DNA of 50,775 bases. It comes from Trypethelium eluteriae (taxonomy: Eukaryota). The position numbers were made by a program, and so were the translations under genes. The notes beneath the pieces are model-generated. The model saw only the letters and a list, made by a program, of their open reading frames with translations. It was not told the DNA's origin and searched no databases. The stretch is from positions 1-50,775 of the forward strand of contig JAVECL010000114.1 of the NCBI GenBank assembly GCA_051942245.1. Direction: 5' to 3'. How positions within the stretch are numbered: position 1 is the first letter of the stretch; every line of letters starts with the position of its first letter. Shown here in pieces: positions 38,969 to 50,775 of this stretch.

Positions 38969-39298
38969 TCTCAAAAATGAGCGATTGACGACAATTTATA
39001 GAGTTATTTATAGAAGCATTGAGCAATAGGCGTTCTTTATCTCGTTTTGGGTGGTTCTCTGTTTGGCAACGGTGTCTGGATTTTTCTTTACAAAACCATC
39101 AGCCGACTGTTTATACGCTGGTGAGGAGTGTGCTCTGTCTTTACGACCTAATGTCTTCAATTCTCTAATCATACCATCAAATCAATAAGACCATTCTTTC
39201 AACAGCCTCCACCTTCTTCGCTGCAATCAAACGTGATATATGTAATACAAGTGCAATCTTCCACTCCCATATGTTCCCCAAGGCATCTTCAACCCACC

Positions 39299-41050
39299 TT
39301 ACAGAGAAGCACGAGTGGCATATCCATTCTTGCCCGGGACAATGCCAAAGCATGGGCCGTCTGCTAAACCGTCAGTCATGAGTCTCTGTGCAACATGCAA
39401 GCGAGGTGGGGCGAGGAACAGCAGCTCAGCGGCCGGTCATGACAACTTGAATGCGGCAAGCGCTCGTGCCGCAGAACTACGCCGCTCAGCCCATTTTCAG
39501 GTCATACGACTTACTTCTTCCAAACATCTCGTTCAGCGCTCCAGCAAGCTCTTCCGGGTGTTCCCAAGCGGCAAAGTGACCGCCATGCTCCAGCTCCTTC
39601 TCATGTACAACATGCCCGAGCGTGCGGCCCCAGGTCCTAATATCACGCCTTATTAGATCCAGACCTCACACACAACCATCATATCTGCACGTGGCACGCA
39701 CGGAAAGACTCACCTAGGCGACGGATCCAACTCCTTCGGACAATACAACAAGCCCACCTTCGCATGCGGAATCCACCGCCCCGGCCTCAGCCGACTCGCC
39801 ATATTCCCATCCACCCCGCCCTCATGCTGACTCTCATAATAAATGCGCACACTGGCCGCCGGCCCCGCCGCGCTAAACCAATAGATGCTCACCCACGCAC
39901 ACACCTCGTCGTCGGTCCAGGGATAGCCATCCGTCCAATCATGCAGCTTCTCGTAGATCCAGGCGAGCAGGCCGACGGGCGAGTCCGCGAGGTTGTAGCC
40001 GAGCGTCTGCGGCTTGGTCGACTGGATGGCGCCGTAGCCCCAGCCCTGGCTGCGGAACCAGGCGCCGCGCGCGAGGTCGCGCTGCTCGCGCGCGGAGTAC
40101 GGCGTCAGTGCGTGCTGCAGCGCGAGCAGCGGGTGCGAGGTGAAGGAGGGGGCGGAGATTGGTCGCACCATGTTGACGTGGTGGGCCAGGCTGTGGGAGG
40201 GGTAGTGCAGCGCGATGAGGCGGGTGATGAACCAGCCCCAGTCGCCGCCTTGGGTTACTGTGGAGGGGACTGGTGAGATGGGAGGAGACGGGGAGATGAG
40301 AGATGGGGAGAGAAGAGTTGGGGAGATACGTACCATATTTGTCATAGCCGAGTTGGAGCATGAGTTTGTGGAGGGTTTCTGCATATTTGGGAACAGCAAA
40401 GCCTTTCTTCTTGACACCTTCTGAGAAGCCAAAGTTGGGCAGAGATGGAGCGACGACGTGGAAGGCCGGTGATTTGCTATCGCCTTTTAGGAGAGACAGG
40501 AGTTTGGAGACTTCGTCGAAACTACCAGGCTGTGGTTTGTAAGCCCGAGGCGACTAGAACGAAGCTACAACTGGGACGGAAGTAGATGACTGAACACAAG
40601 CATTTGAAACACATATAGATACAGGAAATAATTTCTTCTTCAAGATTGAGAAGTAATATTCTTTATTAGAGACGTGTGAAGAGAAACGGGTATTTTATGA
40701 TTGACCAAAATGATAGGACGGAACTGCATTACCCAGCCGTGACAAAATAGCAGAGGAACAGCCCCATCAACATCACTGCGTTGATGAACAAAATGGATGT
40801 CCAATTCACCAAACCCATCCACGGACACCTTTGTCTTGAACTGAGGAAGCTGATTGAGCCTCGCTTCAGCTTTTCTCCAGTCAAAGTTGTCCCTCCAGTG
40901 AGCAACGAGCCTCTTCACATCCGAGAGAGGCGATCCATATGACCATCCGGCATCGTCCAGTTCATCTGGAAAAGTAGCCAATTCTAGCTTGGCCTTTAGC
41001 TGCTGCAACTTCTCGTCCGGAACGGAGATCTGGAACGGTGTCGGAGCCAT
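39299..41050 (-). CDS. Microsomal-type epoxide hydrolase (EHN + alpha/beta hydrolase)
   Basis: Five exons (41050-40733, 40529-40334, 40257-39714, then two short exons). Motifs HGWPGSF, QGGDWG (nucleophile Asp), [13 protein letters not shown] and GGHFAAWE. Confidence 0.92.
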
Positions 41051-41864
41051 GCTTGAACTGGAAACTGTCCACAAGTTGGCTCAATGAATATCGATAAAAG
41101 ACCGATGTTTCCTAGAAGGATTGCCTTGATCCCGCCATCATCTCCACTCATCGCCACCACGACATCCGACGTTCTGCGGGGCCACTGGCGCCAACCCCGG
41201 TACGTCACGGCTGTCGAGTAGCCGGTGAAGCTGGGATAATTTAGGGCTTGGCCTCCTTTCCTGCATGCTGCCGCGGCGATCTACATACCTTAATTTGATT
41301 TCACTTAGCTCCGTTCGGCCTCTAGTCCTATGTCGCGTCAGCACTGCAGAGAACGCGCCAAAGACAAATATAATCCAGCCTGGATGGCTCTTAGTCCCAT
41401 CACACAAGGCGATGATCTTGCTTAGGCCTTGAAGTGAATGCATTCCTTTTTCCTACTTTACCGAGGCAAGTGACCACTTTCCGATCTAATGGTGTGTGGC
41501 ATTCTCGTGTTCTACCGTTCTCATGCGTCTCAATCGGCAATAAAAGACGTGAATGGTAAATCTTCCCGCCGTGTCACAGCTCATGAGATCATTGGCGGAC
41601 TCGTGGGCCTCTCAAATCTGGTTCTGGCGCGTTTTAGCAGTCAATAGTGATGTTGGTGAGGAAACCGTTCCTTGACCTAAACCTTTTCGGATACACTGCA
41701 AAGTCCCGACTGCACAACTTCGGAGAAGTCGCGATAGATCTGCCCAGGGGGACAAAGTGTATATCATCCCGAAGCTGCGGCTATAAAATGTAAGCTATGC
41801 GCTGTCTTCAACCATTGAAGCTCCGACCGAGTCCTTTTGGTTTTTGTTCAGCGTCTTCAAAAGG

Positions 41865-43268
41865 ATGAAGGGAATTTTTCGTATGCTCTTTACGAGCGTT
41901 TCACTCGTTCACATTTCGTCTTCTGCTCCATCTCCTGCCGAAATTCAAGTTGAGAAGAGGCAGGTGGTTACTAGTGTTGTCACCGAAATCAGCAGCATCC
42001 TCGGCAGCGCAGCTACTGGCGTGGCCTCCGATTCGGCTGTAGCGTCTTCGCTATTTCATGATTTAGTCACAGCACTCGAACAAGTCGCGCCTACAGCTAC
42101 GCCTACTTCAGTTCCACAGGCCATTTCGATCATCAACAGCGCCACTTCCCCATCTCCATCACAGGGATCTTTCTTCGAGAATGTTGTCCAGTTAATCGCC
42201 AATGACTTCCTACCCTCAAACTTCGTGAATAGTATCAGTGGAATCGTCAATGACCTCAACCTTATCGGCCCCAACTCAGAAACTAACGTGAATTTGAGAG
42301 CCCCTTCAAGTGCTGTTTACCCGAAGAAACAATCGACGGACGCTCCATATTCCTTGACTGAAGCCCAGCTGCGCCAAGTCATTTACATTCCTCCTGGCTT
42401 TACCTACGGACAGAAGCCTCCTGCCATCCTCGTTCCTGGGACTGGCAATACGGGATATGAGACTTTTAGCGAAAACTACATCCCTTTGTTAACGGGAGTC
42501 TCCTATGCTGATCCAGTCTGGCTGAACATTCCAGGGCAGTTGCTTGGCGATGTGCAGGTGAATGCTGAATACGTGGCTTACGCTATCAATTATATTTCTG
42601 GTATTTCAGGCAACAAGAATGTTTCTGTACTTGCATGGAGTCAGGGTAACCTGGATACACAATGGGCCCTCAAGTACTGGCCTTCCACGAGGAATGTCGT
42701 GAGCGACTTCATATCCTTCTCTCCCGACTTCCATGGCACCGAACTTGCATACATTCTATGTCCGTACCTCCCCGAGCTGCCCTGCGTTCCTGCCGTCATT
42801 CAGCAAGAATACAACTCCAAATTCGTCGCCCGGCTTCGAGAGAATGGGGGTGACTCTGCCTACGTGCCGACAACCACCATCTACTCCGCGACCGACGAGA
42901 TCGTCGAACCTCAGCAGGGAACAGGTGCATCTGCGTACATAAATGATGCACGCAATGTCGGCGTGTCGAACAACGAGCTTCAGGTGGTTTGCAACGGACA
43001 GCCGGCAGGCGGTGTTTACGACCATGCAGGAACGCTCTTCAATGCTTTAGGCTACGCGCTTGCTGTGGATGCTCTTACCCATTCAGGTCCGGGAGAGCCA
43101 AGCAGATTGAATTTGGGAACTGTGTGCCAAGAGGTGGTGGCTCCAGGTTTGAGTCTGGCGCAAGTGCTGCAAACGACTGGAGCTCTCTTAATTTCGGCCG
43201 TTAGTGTGTTGATCTACGAGCCTAAGATGTTTAATGAGCCGGCCTTGATGGCGTATGCGACGTCTTGA
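41865..43268 (+). CDS. Secreted lipase, Candida antarctica lipase B-like
   Basis: Signal peptide and KR propeptide site, Ser/Thr-rich extension, LVPGTG, AWSQG (CalB has TWSQG), SATDEIV (Asp) and YDHAG (His). TATAAAA at about 41782. Confidence 0.9.
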   Translation: MKGIFRMLFTSVSLVHISSSAPSPAEIQVEKRQVVTSVVTEISSILGSAATGVASDSAVASSLFHDLVTALEQVAPTATPTSVPQAISIINSATSPSPSQGSFFENVVQLIANDFLPSNFVNSISGIVNDLNLIGPNSETNVNLRAPSSAVYPKKQSTDAPYSLTEAQLRQVIYIPPGFTYGQKPPAILVPGTGNTGYETFSENYIPLLTGVSYADPVWLNIPGQLLGDVQVNAEYVAYAINYISGISGNKNVSVLAWSQGNLDTQWALKYWPSTRNVVSDFISFSPDFHGTELAYILCPYLPELPCVPAVIQQEYNSKFVARLRENGGDSAYVPTTTIYSATDEIVEPQQGTGASAYINDARNVGVSNNELQVVCNGQPAGGVYDHAGTLFNALGYALAVDALTHSGPGEPSRLNLGTVCQEVVAPGLSLAQVLQTTGALLISAVSVLIYEPKMFNEPALMAYATS

Positions 43269-43663
43269 TGTTGATGAAACATGATTTTAGAATTCTGTAA
43301 TTATTGGATACGATTGGAAAAACGAAGAAATGTATATATCAAACACGGGACTATGAAAAACATGGCAAATGATCTGTACACTGTAAAGGCGTGTAAATTA
43401 AGATAATAAGCAATGAGCATCAATATTTTTGTCAATCAGGCAGGGCGATCTGCAGTATGTAATGTCCATTTTTGTCAACGCTCTAAGATGGAGACCTGAT
43501 CTGACATACAACGCATCTGTATCGGAGATATCATGACAAATTGTGACAAGGGCGAAAACAGAATTTCGCTACGGTTGACTCGATCGCACCGAAGACTCCG
43601 AGCGGCACTTAGGCTCGTTCGACTTTGTGGGTGTAGGAATGCGTTTCCAACAACCATCTCAAG

Positions 43664-44043
43664 CTATTCTTTCTTGCTTGCCGCACCCTCGTTCTCCATC
43701 CCCTCACAGCCTGCCGCTTTTCCAGCCAGCTCCTCAACCTTGCCAAAGCCCTGACTTTGTGGGTCTCTCGCTTCGCCAGCAGCTTTCATCTCGTTTACAC
43801 CTTGCTCTTTCTGCTGTTCGCCGGACTGTTGCCATGATTCGGAGCCTGTTACCGAGCCGACGGCAGACTATAGATTGGCGCAATATCTTTTAGTACGCGA
43901 TACGCAATATGCCACGATGTGCGGGAAAGGAAGGAGAGGTGCGAATGCTGCAAGAAGTTGGGGAGGAGACGTACGACTGCTGCGCCCTTGACATACTGTG
44001 CATGGCCGGAGACAAGGCCCGGATTTTCATTATTAGAAGACAT
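43664..44043 (-). CDS. Small hydrophilic CsbD-like stress/conidial protein (90 aa)
   Basis: Exons 44043-43975 and 43867-43664: GHAQYVKGAAV|SAVGSVTGSESWQQSGEQQKEQGVNEMKAA...GKVEELAGKAAGCEGMENEG. Only exon 1 appears in the ORF track. Confidence 0.8.
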
Positions 44044-45178
44044 GTTGGAAGCTGTTTCGGACTGTAGGTTATCGACTTGCAGAATGATAAATGTGTTTGG
44101 TAAAAAAGCCGCGGGACTCGAGGATGACCTCTTGGATTGATTGACGACCTACGTCATCGTTCCCAACTCGTTCATTGAGGCCGATGCCTCGAGCTTAGTC
44201 ATCACATAAATCTGAAACTTCCAGCGCCTAGCTTAGCTTTTCCCTGGATGAACAAGTATTGTATCTATTGTGGCATCACAGGTTTCATCATGTTGACATG
44301 TTCAATATACAGCTTTCATAGTGAAAGAGACTCCTACCGGAGACCGAACCCCTCTAATGTCTCTAAGCTTACTGGGACGCAATTTGATTGACCGTCATCA
44401 GCACAGACGATGCCTTTCTGTCCTTGCGAAAGCGTTGCGCTCTTCTGGAAGACGAACTTCAGCGCATATCGGAGCAGATTCCTCTTACCATATATCGTCG
44501 CCACTCTTCTATTCCGACGTATTTCACAATTCACCGGATGTGAACCTCCTGACACGGTGCAGGCGCATCTTTCGCCACCTTGTTGGTGGCAAGAAGGGCA
44601 ATTGGCACCCGGGTGGCGGTGCAATTGCCGCTAGGGGTATATTCGCGCATTGGAGAGAGACGGATGTGTTCGACCACGCAGTATTGGACGCTTTTATGCG
44701 GTGCTGAACTTGGGGTGGATCTCTTGACGAGGTTTTAGATCTCTTTCTGTTGTCGCGTGCGAATGAGAATGTCATGGTTGCACAGCCTGGTGCATGATCT
44801 GATGAGGTACCAATTACGTCGGGGAGCGCACCCATGGGTGCATGAAGAGCAAGGTTTGTTAAGCGAAATGCATGGGATGGATGGGAATTTGAACTTCCCC
44901 ATGCCGATCCACTGGAGATCGTGGAACTTCCAAGTTTCGCGACGGCAGAACATGTAAGCCCTCTCATTGGTGAAGGCAGTTGACCTATTGACATGGTAGG
45001 TATCCTTCCCATGATGTAAGAATGCCATGCTATGCCATACCATCCGCTACTTGCCCCTGCCGTACGTCATTCCGTTTCAATTTCTTGCTGTCGAGCTATC
45101 ATTTCTACCTCTCGTTTGTCTCTATACGAGTTACGATTTGGCGATGCATCGCAATGCCGCTTTGATGCATTTGCTACA

Positions 45179-46525
45179 ATGAGTAATCCAAACGACTATG
45201 TCAGCAATGGCACGTGCTATACCGCGCCTGGGCAAAAGTTGGACGGCAGCTTTATTCCGTGCGGGAATGATGCGTTTGGTTATCAGACATGCTGCGGAGC
45301 AGGCGACAAATGTCTAGCTGACAATGCGTGCTTCGGATTTCACGGTACTGGCTACGGTAGCTATTTGACATACTGGGCTGGGTGTACAGACCCAAACTAC
45401 GCAGACATAACTTGTCCGAAGAAAGTAGTCGGTGAGCGAATACTAGCAAGACCAAGTCTGATAGAGAGTATTGACTGACCCCTCTTAGCCCAGCCATGGG
45501 TCGCCCTCACATTGTGCGACAACAGCAATGGCGAGTGGGCAATCTGCTCGCAGAAGGGAAATCCCTCGACTCTCCAGCCAGGCGCATATTGCAGCTGCAC
45601 CGTTGCGTCGTCAGCTACAATAGCATTCAGCGACTCGGCCAGCCTTGCAAACATATGCTCGCTACCACAAAGCACCGGACAGAGTATCCAATTCCTCGAT
45701 GGCCATATTCCTTCATCTGTCCTAGCATCTGGATCGGCCGCACCGTCAGGAAGCTCCGATTCTGCTAGCACCAGCGCATCTGGTAGTTCCTCTAATGCAC
45801 GAAGCTCGAGTTCTCCTACGTCTGGTCCAACTTCTACAAAAGCAGTTTCGACAGTTTCTGGAAGGACTTCAATCTCAGCCTTCACATCAAGCGGCAGGAC
45901 AGTCACTTCGTCAGTCACCATTGCGCCCTCTACGATCTCTTCAGCCGTCAGTACCGGCGGAAGCAATAGCGCTAGCACGTCCTCAAGCGGCAACACAAGC
46001 TCAGGGCTCAGCCCAGGAGCCAAAATTGGCATTGGTGTTGGCGCCGGAATCGGCGGATTGATCTTCCTCGTCTTAGTAGCAATATTCTTCTTAATACGCC
46101 GTAAGCGTCGACGACGCCCGTCGCACGAAAAAGAGAGTGGCGACAGCGAGAATGGCAAAACGCCGTCACAACCAGCGCCCTTCGAACCAGAGCCGTCCAA
46201 ATCAGAGCCATCAGAGAAGAAGCCTATTGGTGCACCATCCAGAGCGCCTACGGTGCGGGACGAGAACGGGCAGATGGTGCCGGAAGCTGACGTACGGCCT
46301 GCAGCGGCGTGGCCTCTGCGGAGTGAACTCGAGGGAAGTCCGGTTACGAGGAAGGAGGAGATGCCTCCTATCGCTGAGTTACCAGGGAGTGAAAATTTTG
46401 CTGGTGAGCAGGGAAGAACCAATACACTGGCTCAAGAAGCCAATCGCCAAATCGGTCCTGCATGGAGAGGGTCATCGTTAAGAGTGCTAAATAATAATCA
46501 GCCGCAGGATGAGTTGCATTTCTAA
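45179..46525 (+). CDS. Cys-rich/Ser-Thr-rich single-pass membrane protein (Mid2-like architecture)
   Basis: Intron 45432-45489. N-terminal Cys-rich domain (CY...PC...CC...C...C...GCTD...CP), Ser/Thr stalk, TM segment GAKIGIGVGAGIGGLIFLVLVAIFFLI followed by RRKRRR, and cytoplasmic ELEG/ELPG motifs. Confidence 0.8.
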
Positions 46526-46774
46526 TTGTTGTGGATAATCTACTTCACAGTACATACATTTTAGCTGTTGGTAGCAAGGTCAAGCATCGACGCTTGAACT
46601 ATTCTAGCAAGAGTAGGATTGACCCGGAAGAATCCCCCGGCACATTCTCGTCAAATGCCACACCACTTGCATGTGGGTAATGGCATTTTGTGGTTGCTTG
46701 GCTGATGTGGAAAAAATTAAAGAAGCATCGACGCGGACGCAGCGAGGGCTAACAAACTTGTATTAATGGAATTT

Positions 46775-47710
46775 TTAACCCTTCATGGACTGTTCAATAA
46801 GCTCCATGTATCTCTCCCTTTGCTCACAGTGCGCCATATGGCTAGCGTTTTCCAAATTAACCCACCCTACCCTGGGTATAAGTTGGAAGAAAAGCACGAT
46901 GGCCGAGTCTCACATCTCATAATTTTGAGCGGTTATCATGGATGTCTCGGATTTGATCCTAGGAGCTTCGTCGAGAGCTGATCAGTTTCGCAGACTCCCC
47001 CGGATGTCGAACTCTAACGATCCCCACCCAAGCCGAAGCGCGCATTGGCAATCGCAATGCGAGGTCCTAACCCGCTTGCAATTTCGGTGTTCCATGCACC
47101 GTCGGATCATGCGCTCCTTCGTATTCCTGAGAATCATGTTTACCCTCTCTTTCACATCGAACAATCGTGTCCTATGTATCCTTCCGAAGTGTGGTTCTCA
47201 ACGCCAACAAACCCTGTTGGTGCAATCCCGCAGACGCCGGTGCCGCCGCAATAATCATTCGCTCTAGTCCCCCAGGATTCGTGGCGGCAAAATTTGCCAG
47301 CAGCAATTCACCAAAGCTATGGCCGTATACGTGATACTTTCTCGTCCCCACGGGACCGTGTTCCTACCTAAGTACTCGATAAGATGTTCGAGCTCATTGA
47401 TGAAGCATGATATTTTCCAGAAGGATTCGTGGCCGTTCTTTTCTCGAAGATGAGTGGATTTGCCATTACTATTTACATCGTACAAGACAACGGGGATGTT
47501 GTATTGAGTCTCCAAATCTGCAAAGAGGGTCATGTAACCGTGGCAGGCGCTTGGTCCTCCGGCAATACCAATAAGAAGGATTTCATCTGCATCAAGGTCT
47601 CAGAAAACACGGTACCACGTGCGGCAATCTCTATCAAGAACCTTTACCTCAAGCGGAATCGTGCCCTCTGGTGGAGGATTGGCGGTCTTTATGATGGATT
47701 TGTGAGCCAA
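46775..47710 (-). pseudogene. Proline iminopeptidase / L-amino acid amidase family pseudogene
   Basis: Minus-strand translation gives EGTIP...CRTWYRVF*DL...GGPSACHGYM...LYDVNSNGKSTHLREKNG..FW, GHSFG, CEREGKHDSQEY, GSLRN*SA and LENASHMAHCEQRERYMEL. In-frame stops at 47600-47602, 47172-47174, 46982-46984 and 46910-46912, plus a frameshift near 47350. Confidence 0.85.
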
Positions 47711-48750
47711 AGGATGATACTTGGATTGACTAGACTGCGGGAGACTCTTGTCGGCTCTTTGGAAATCACTCTTCTAGTCTGGGAGGTAAGTCAGAGCAGT
47801 GAGGTAATTCGTTCAGCGTTTCATCGTTTCCTTGAGATGAGGGCCATATATATGTGGCAGTCGGGAACATCCCTACGAGCGGGCAAGCATCAAGTCGAAA
47901 TTTTCGAGGATAACAATCTCAAGGTTCGACTTCACCTCTAGAGGCGCCAGCTCAAGATGGTGTGAGTAGCTCCTTGTTCCGTCGGGCAGAGGAGCAGAAG
48001 TGCAGCAAAAGAGGCAGAAGTTTATCTTGAAACTCGGCAGCTCTCCCCCTTTCCTTCCCCTTTTCCTCTCTCTTCTATCTCATCTTGTTCCTTTCCTAGC
48101 CTCCCACAAAACTCCATTAAAATTTAGCCCTTATTTTTGTCAAGGTATACTTACTAATCATTGAAAGCCTAGCTTATCGATTCAACGCTACAACCAATTG
48201 TGGCTCAGAATTTAATACAAAGGTAAAAAAAGAAGGGAAGCAGGTAAGAAGTTGAGATTACAAGAGGATAGGGGAGAGAGGAGAAAGAAAGGGCCTATCA
48301 GAGTATCTTTCATCCAACTAGAACTCCTTTCTACCAACTATTTCATCGATTGCGGAACTTGAAGTTAGTAAAATATGTATAGAAATACGATAGAGGCTTT
48401 CTACCAAATTTTTCAGAGACATAACGTACATAGTCAAATTTCAATAAATATTAGGAAGTGATCCGGATTGTGGGTCAATGACTTACAGAATGGATATTGT
48501 ACTTTGTGAAAGCATCGAGATTCGAGCAACCTACGTCATCGTGCTAAAAATCTGGTGTTGCCAGCCTCACGTTCCTGAGGCATCTTCACAGATTTCGCTT
48601 GCTGGGTTGTCAAAGAAGAGACTTCAGGGTCATTGGTCAATTCTAAAGCATTCAGAAGCAGGCAGAAACAGGGGCCAAAAGTATCCTGGCACCGTCAATG
48701 ACGTAGGAGGGTTGGTCTCTCGACGCGGGTTCCGCGCGAGTGACCTTTGT

Positions 48751-48760
48751 CGACGCGTCG
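48751..48760. promoter_or_regulatory. Perfect MCB element (ACGCGT) inside the palindrome CGACGCGTCG upstream of fpg
   Basis: ACGCGT at 48753-48758, with further CGCG cores at 48721-48740, about 150 nt before ATG 48901. Confidence 0.45.
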
Positions 48761-48900
48761 CAGCCACGCTTCTCACACTCAATTATTGTTCTGAAACTAT
48801 TGTGTTTGTTTTGTTACCAGAACGGAAGTGGATCGCGCAGGTTTGATATTAATGTTTGTCTGGGAAGTCCGAAGCACAACTTCACCCTGCATCATCCACC

Positions 48901-50341
48901 ATGCCTGAGGTGATACCCACCCCTGGATGGCGAGGTCTAAGTGACACCGATGCTGACTTTTACTACACTCCTCAGATTGGCGAGGTCGCACGTATTGTCT
49001 ATTATCTCAAAAAACATGCAGTTGGTCGTACCATCGACCAAGTCGAAGCTCAGGAGGATGCAATTGTTTACGGCAAAGTGGATTGCAGCGCCTCTCAACT
49101 CAAGAAGGATATCGTAGGCAAGAAGATCGTGGACGCAAAACAGCAAGGCAAATATTTCTGGCTCGAGCTTGATTCTTTGCCTCACCCAGTTAGTTGACCC
49201 TATCCATCGATCTATCTACAGCTGGATGCATGACTAAGATTATCAACAGTTGATGCATTTCGGCATGTCAGGTTGGATGAAATTCTCGAATGACGATACG
49301 GCATATTACAAGCCGCAGAAAGATAAAGGTATCTCCGATGAGGAGTGGCCACCAAAGTACTGGAAATTTGTGCTTCAGCTCTCGGGTGAACCCGAATGCG
49401 AAGTCGCGTTTGTTGATCCTCGCCGCCTCGGACGGATTCGACTGATCTATGTCGACGCGCACGTGATGAGGAATAGTCCACCTCTCAAACAGAATGGTCC
49501 AGATCCTGTTATCGACAAAGACGTCCTCACCATCGACTGGCTCGCAAAGAAGATGCAAAGCAAGAGAGTCCCTATCAAAGCGTTGCTCCTGGACCAAGCC
49601 AACATCAGTGGCGTGGGAAACTGGGTTGCGGATGAGATACTCTACCAGGCCAAACTACACCCTGAGCAGTACTGCAACACATTCTCAGATGAGCAAGTCA
49701 AGACCCTTCACGATTCTCTAGTCAATGTCTGTACGACAGCAGTGGATACCCTAGCCGAGAGTTCGAAATTCCCAGAAACCTGGTTGATGAAGCATCGTTG
49801 GGGAAAGGGCAAAGAGGGTGGTGATAGACTTCCCAACGGAGAACGCATTATTCATCTCAAAGTTGGAGGGAGGACATCGGCTGTTGTCCCAAGTGTACAA
49901 AAGAAAACTGGTGCAGTTGCGGGAGACATCAAAGAGAAAGACGACGCCAAATTGGACACCAAGCCTAAGAAACGCCAGAAACGCCAGAGAGCTCAGGCTG
50001 ACGAGAGCGGAGGTGAGGAAGCGGAGGAAGAGAGAGTGCCCCGTGGCAGGCCTAAGAAGGCACCTGTCAAGAAGGAGGTAGGATCCGACGAAGCGGACGG
50101 AGCAGAACTGGACGATGGAGATGTGGAAGATAGTACAGAGGAGCAGAAGCCGGTCTCGAAGCGTGGTAAGTCCAACAGAAAGACAGAACCTGTCGTTAAG
50201 GACGAGGAAGATGGTACGAACCCAGCACCCAAGGGAACGAAGAAATCCAAGAAAATCACCAGTGTGAAGAAGGAAAAGACGGGCTCAAACGGCAATGCAG
50301 ACGGAGAGAAGCGCCGATCTGGACGTTTGAGTGCCAAGTGA
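48901..50341 (+). CDS. fpg: Formamidopyrimidine-DNA glycosylase (Fpg/MutM, plant-fungal type)
   Basis: A 9-nt first exon ATGCCTGAG and intron 48910-48976 give the catalytic N-terminus MPEIGEV. Also QQGKYFW, MHFGMSG, DPRRLGRI, the H2TH motif LLDQANISGVGNWVADE and a Lys/Glu-rich tail. Confidence 0.93.
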
Positions 50342-50775
50342 TATACGTTGGTGATTTGAAGCTCTGGTATACACTAGACGTCTGCGTCTTTCGCCGCTTA
50401 CGTCCGTGAAACGTCTGATCGGAGCAAGGAACAGTACTTCTGAAGCACCTGATGTTTATTATACCCATTGTCTTACATGAAGAATTGCATGTCACAGATT
50501 TGTGGATCGTGCACCCGCTGACATCTCTCGTCGAGCAGCAAAGAGCTTGGTCGTGCTCACGCGTCCACCAAGCATGTAACCCTAGGTAGATTTTGCTATT
50601 GATCGGACTATCCTCGCATCAGGCGACCAAATGTATACATACAACACAGCATCTGATAACCGTGCAATCCTTCTCCTCCTCCTTCATCGCCTCAACGCCC
50701 TCTCCCTAAACATCAACCTCGCATTCATCCCTACAATACACCTAACCACATCCCAATCGCCTCCTATGCCCACCC

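Noticed and set aside
2646..43268. Apparent enrichment of lipid-related genes (patatin, OPI3, TSC10, epoxide hydrolase, lipase) as a metabolic cluster
   Set aside because: They are spread over 40 kb among unrelated housekeeping genes, belong to different pathways and have no backbone synthase or cluster regulator.
44300..45012. ORF fragments on both strands that might be a gene relic
   Set aside because: I could not assign any homology; the evidence is too weak to call.
45397..46422. 341-aa minus-strand ORF
   Set aside because: Antisense to the Ser/Thr-rich membrane protein; low-complexity shadow.
47429..47941. 170-aa plus-strand ORF
   Set aside because: Largely antisense to the 5' part of the peptidase pseudogene, with no recognisable features.

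Overview
Gene-dense, intron-containing DNA from a filamentous ascomycete (Pezizomycotina; inferred from short GT...CTRAC...YAG introns and gene content). About 21 intact protein-coding genes and one clear pseudogene can be reconstructed. The central part (10.5-34.2 kb) is mostly conserved housekeeping genes: a PILS-like membrane transporter, TRAPPC11, RXT2, OPI3, an Mtr-like amino acid permease, SAS10, TSC10, a GPI-anchored wall protein, DNA ligase I and MIX23. The right part holds secreted, membrane and hydrolase genes (MARVEL-like, ferritin-like, epoxide hydrolase, CalB-like lipase, CsbD-like, a Cys-rich single-pass protein), a decayed proline iminopeptidase and an Fpg glycosylase. The most unusual part is the left, accessory-looking 1-8.4 kb: a stand-alone patatin-like phospholipase with a C-terminal C2H2-like zinc finger lies head-to-head with two tandem, diverged paralogs of a small protein I cannot assign to a family. 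The paralogs share an intron position and show many synonymous changes. This is a candidate effector/partner module, but its function is only a hypothesis. No rRNA, tRNA, CRISPR array or intact transposon was recognised. All gene models were spliced by eye and all family assignments come from recognising motifs, not from database searches.
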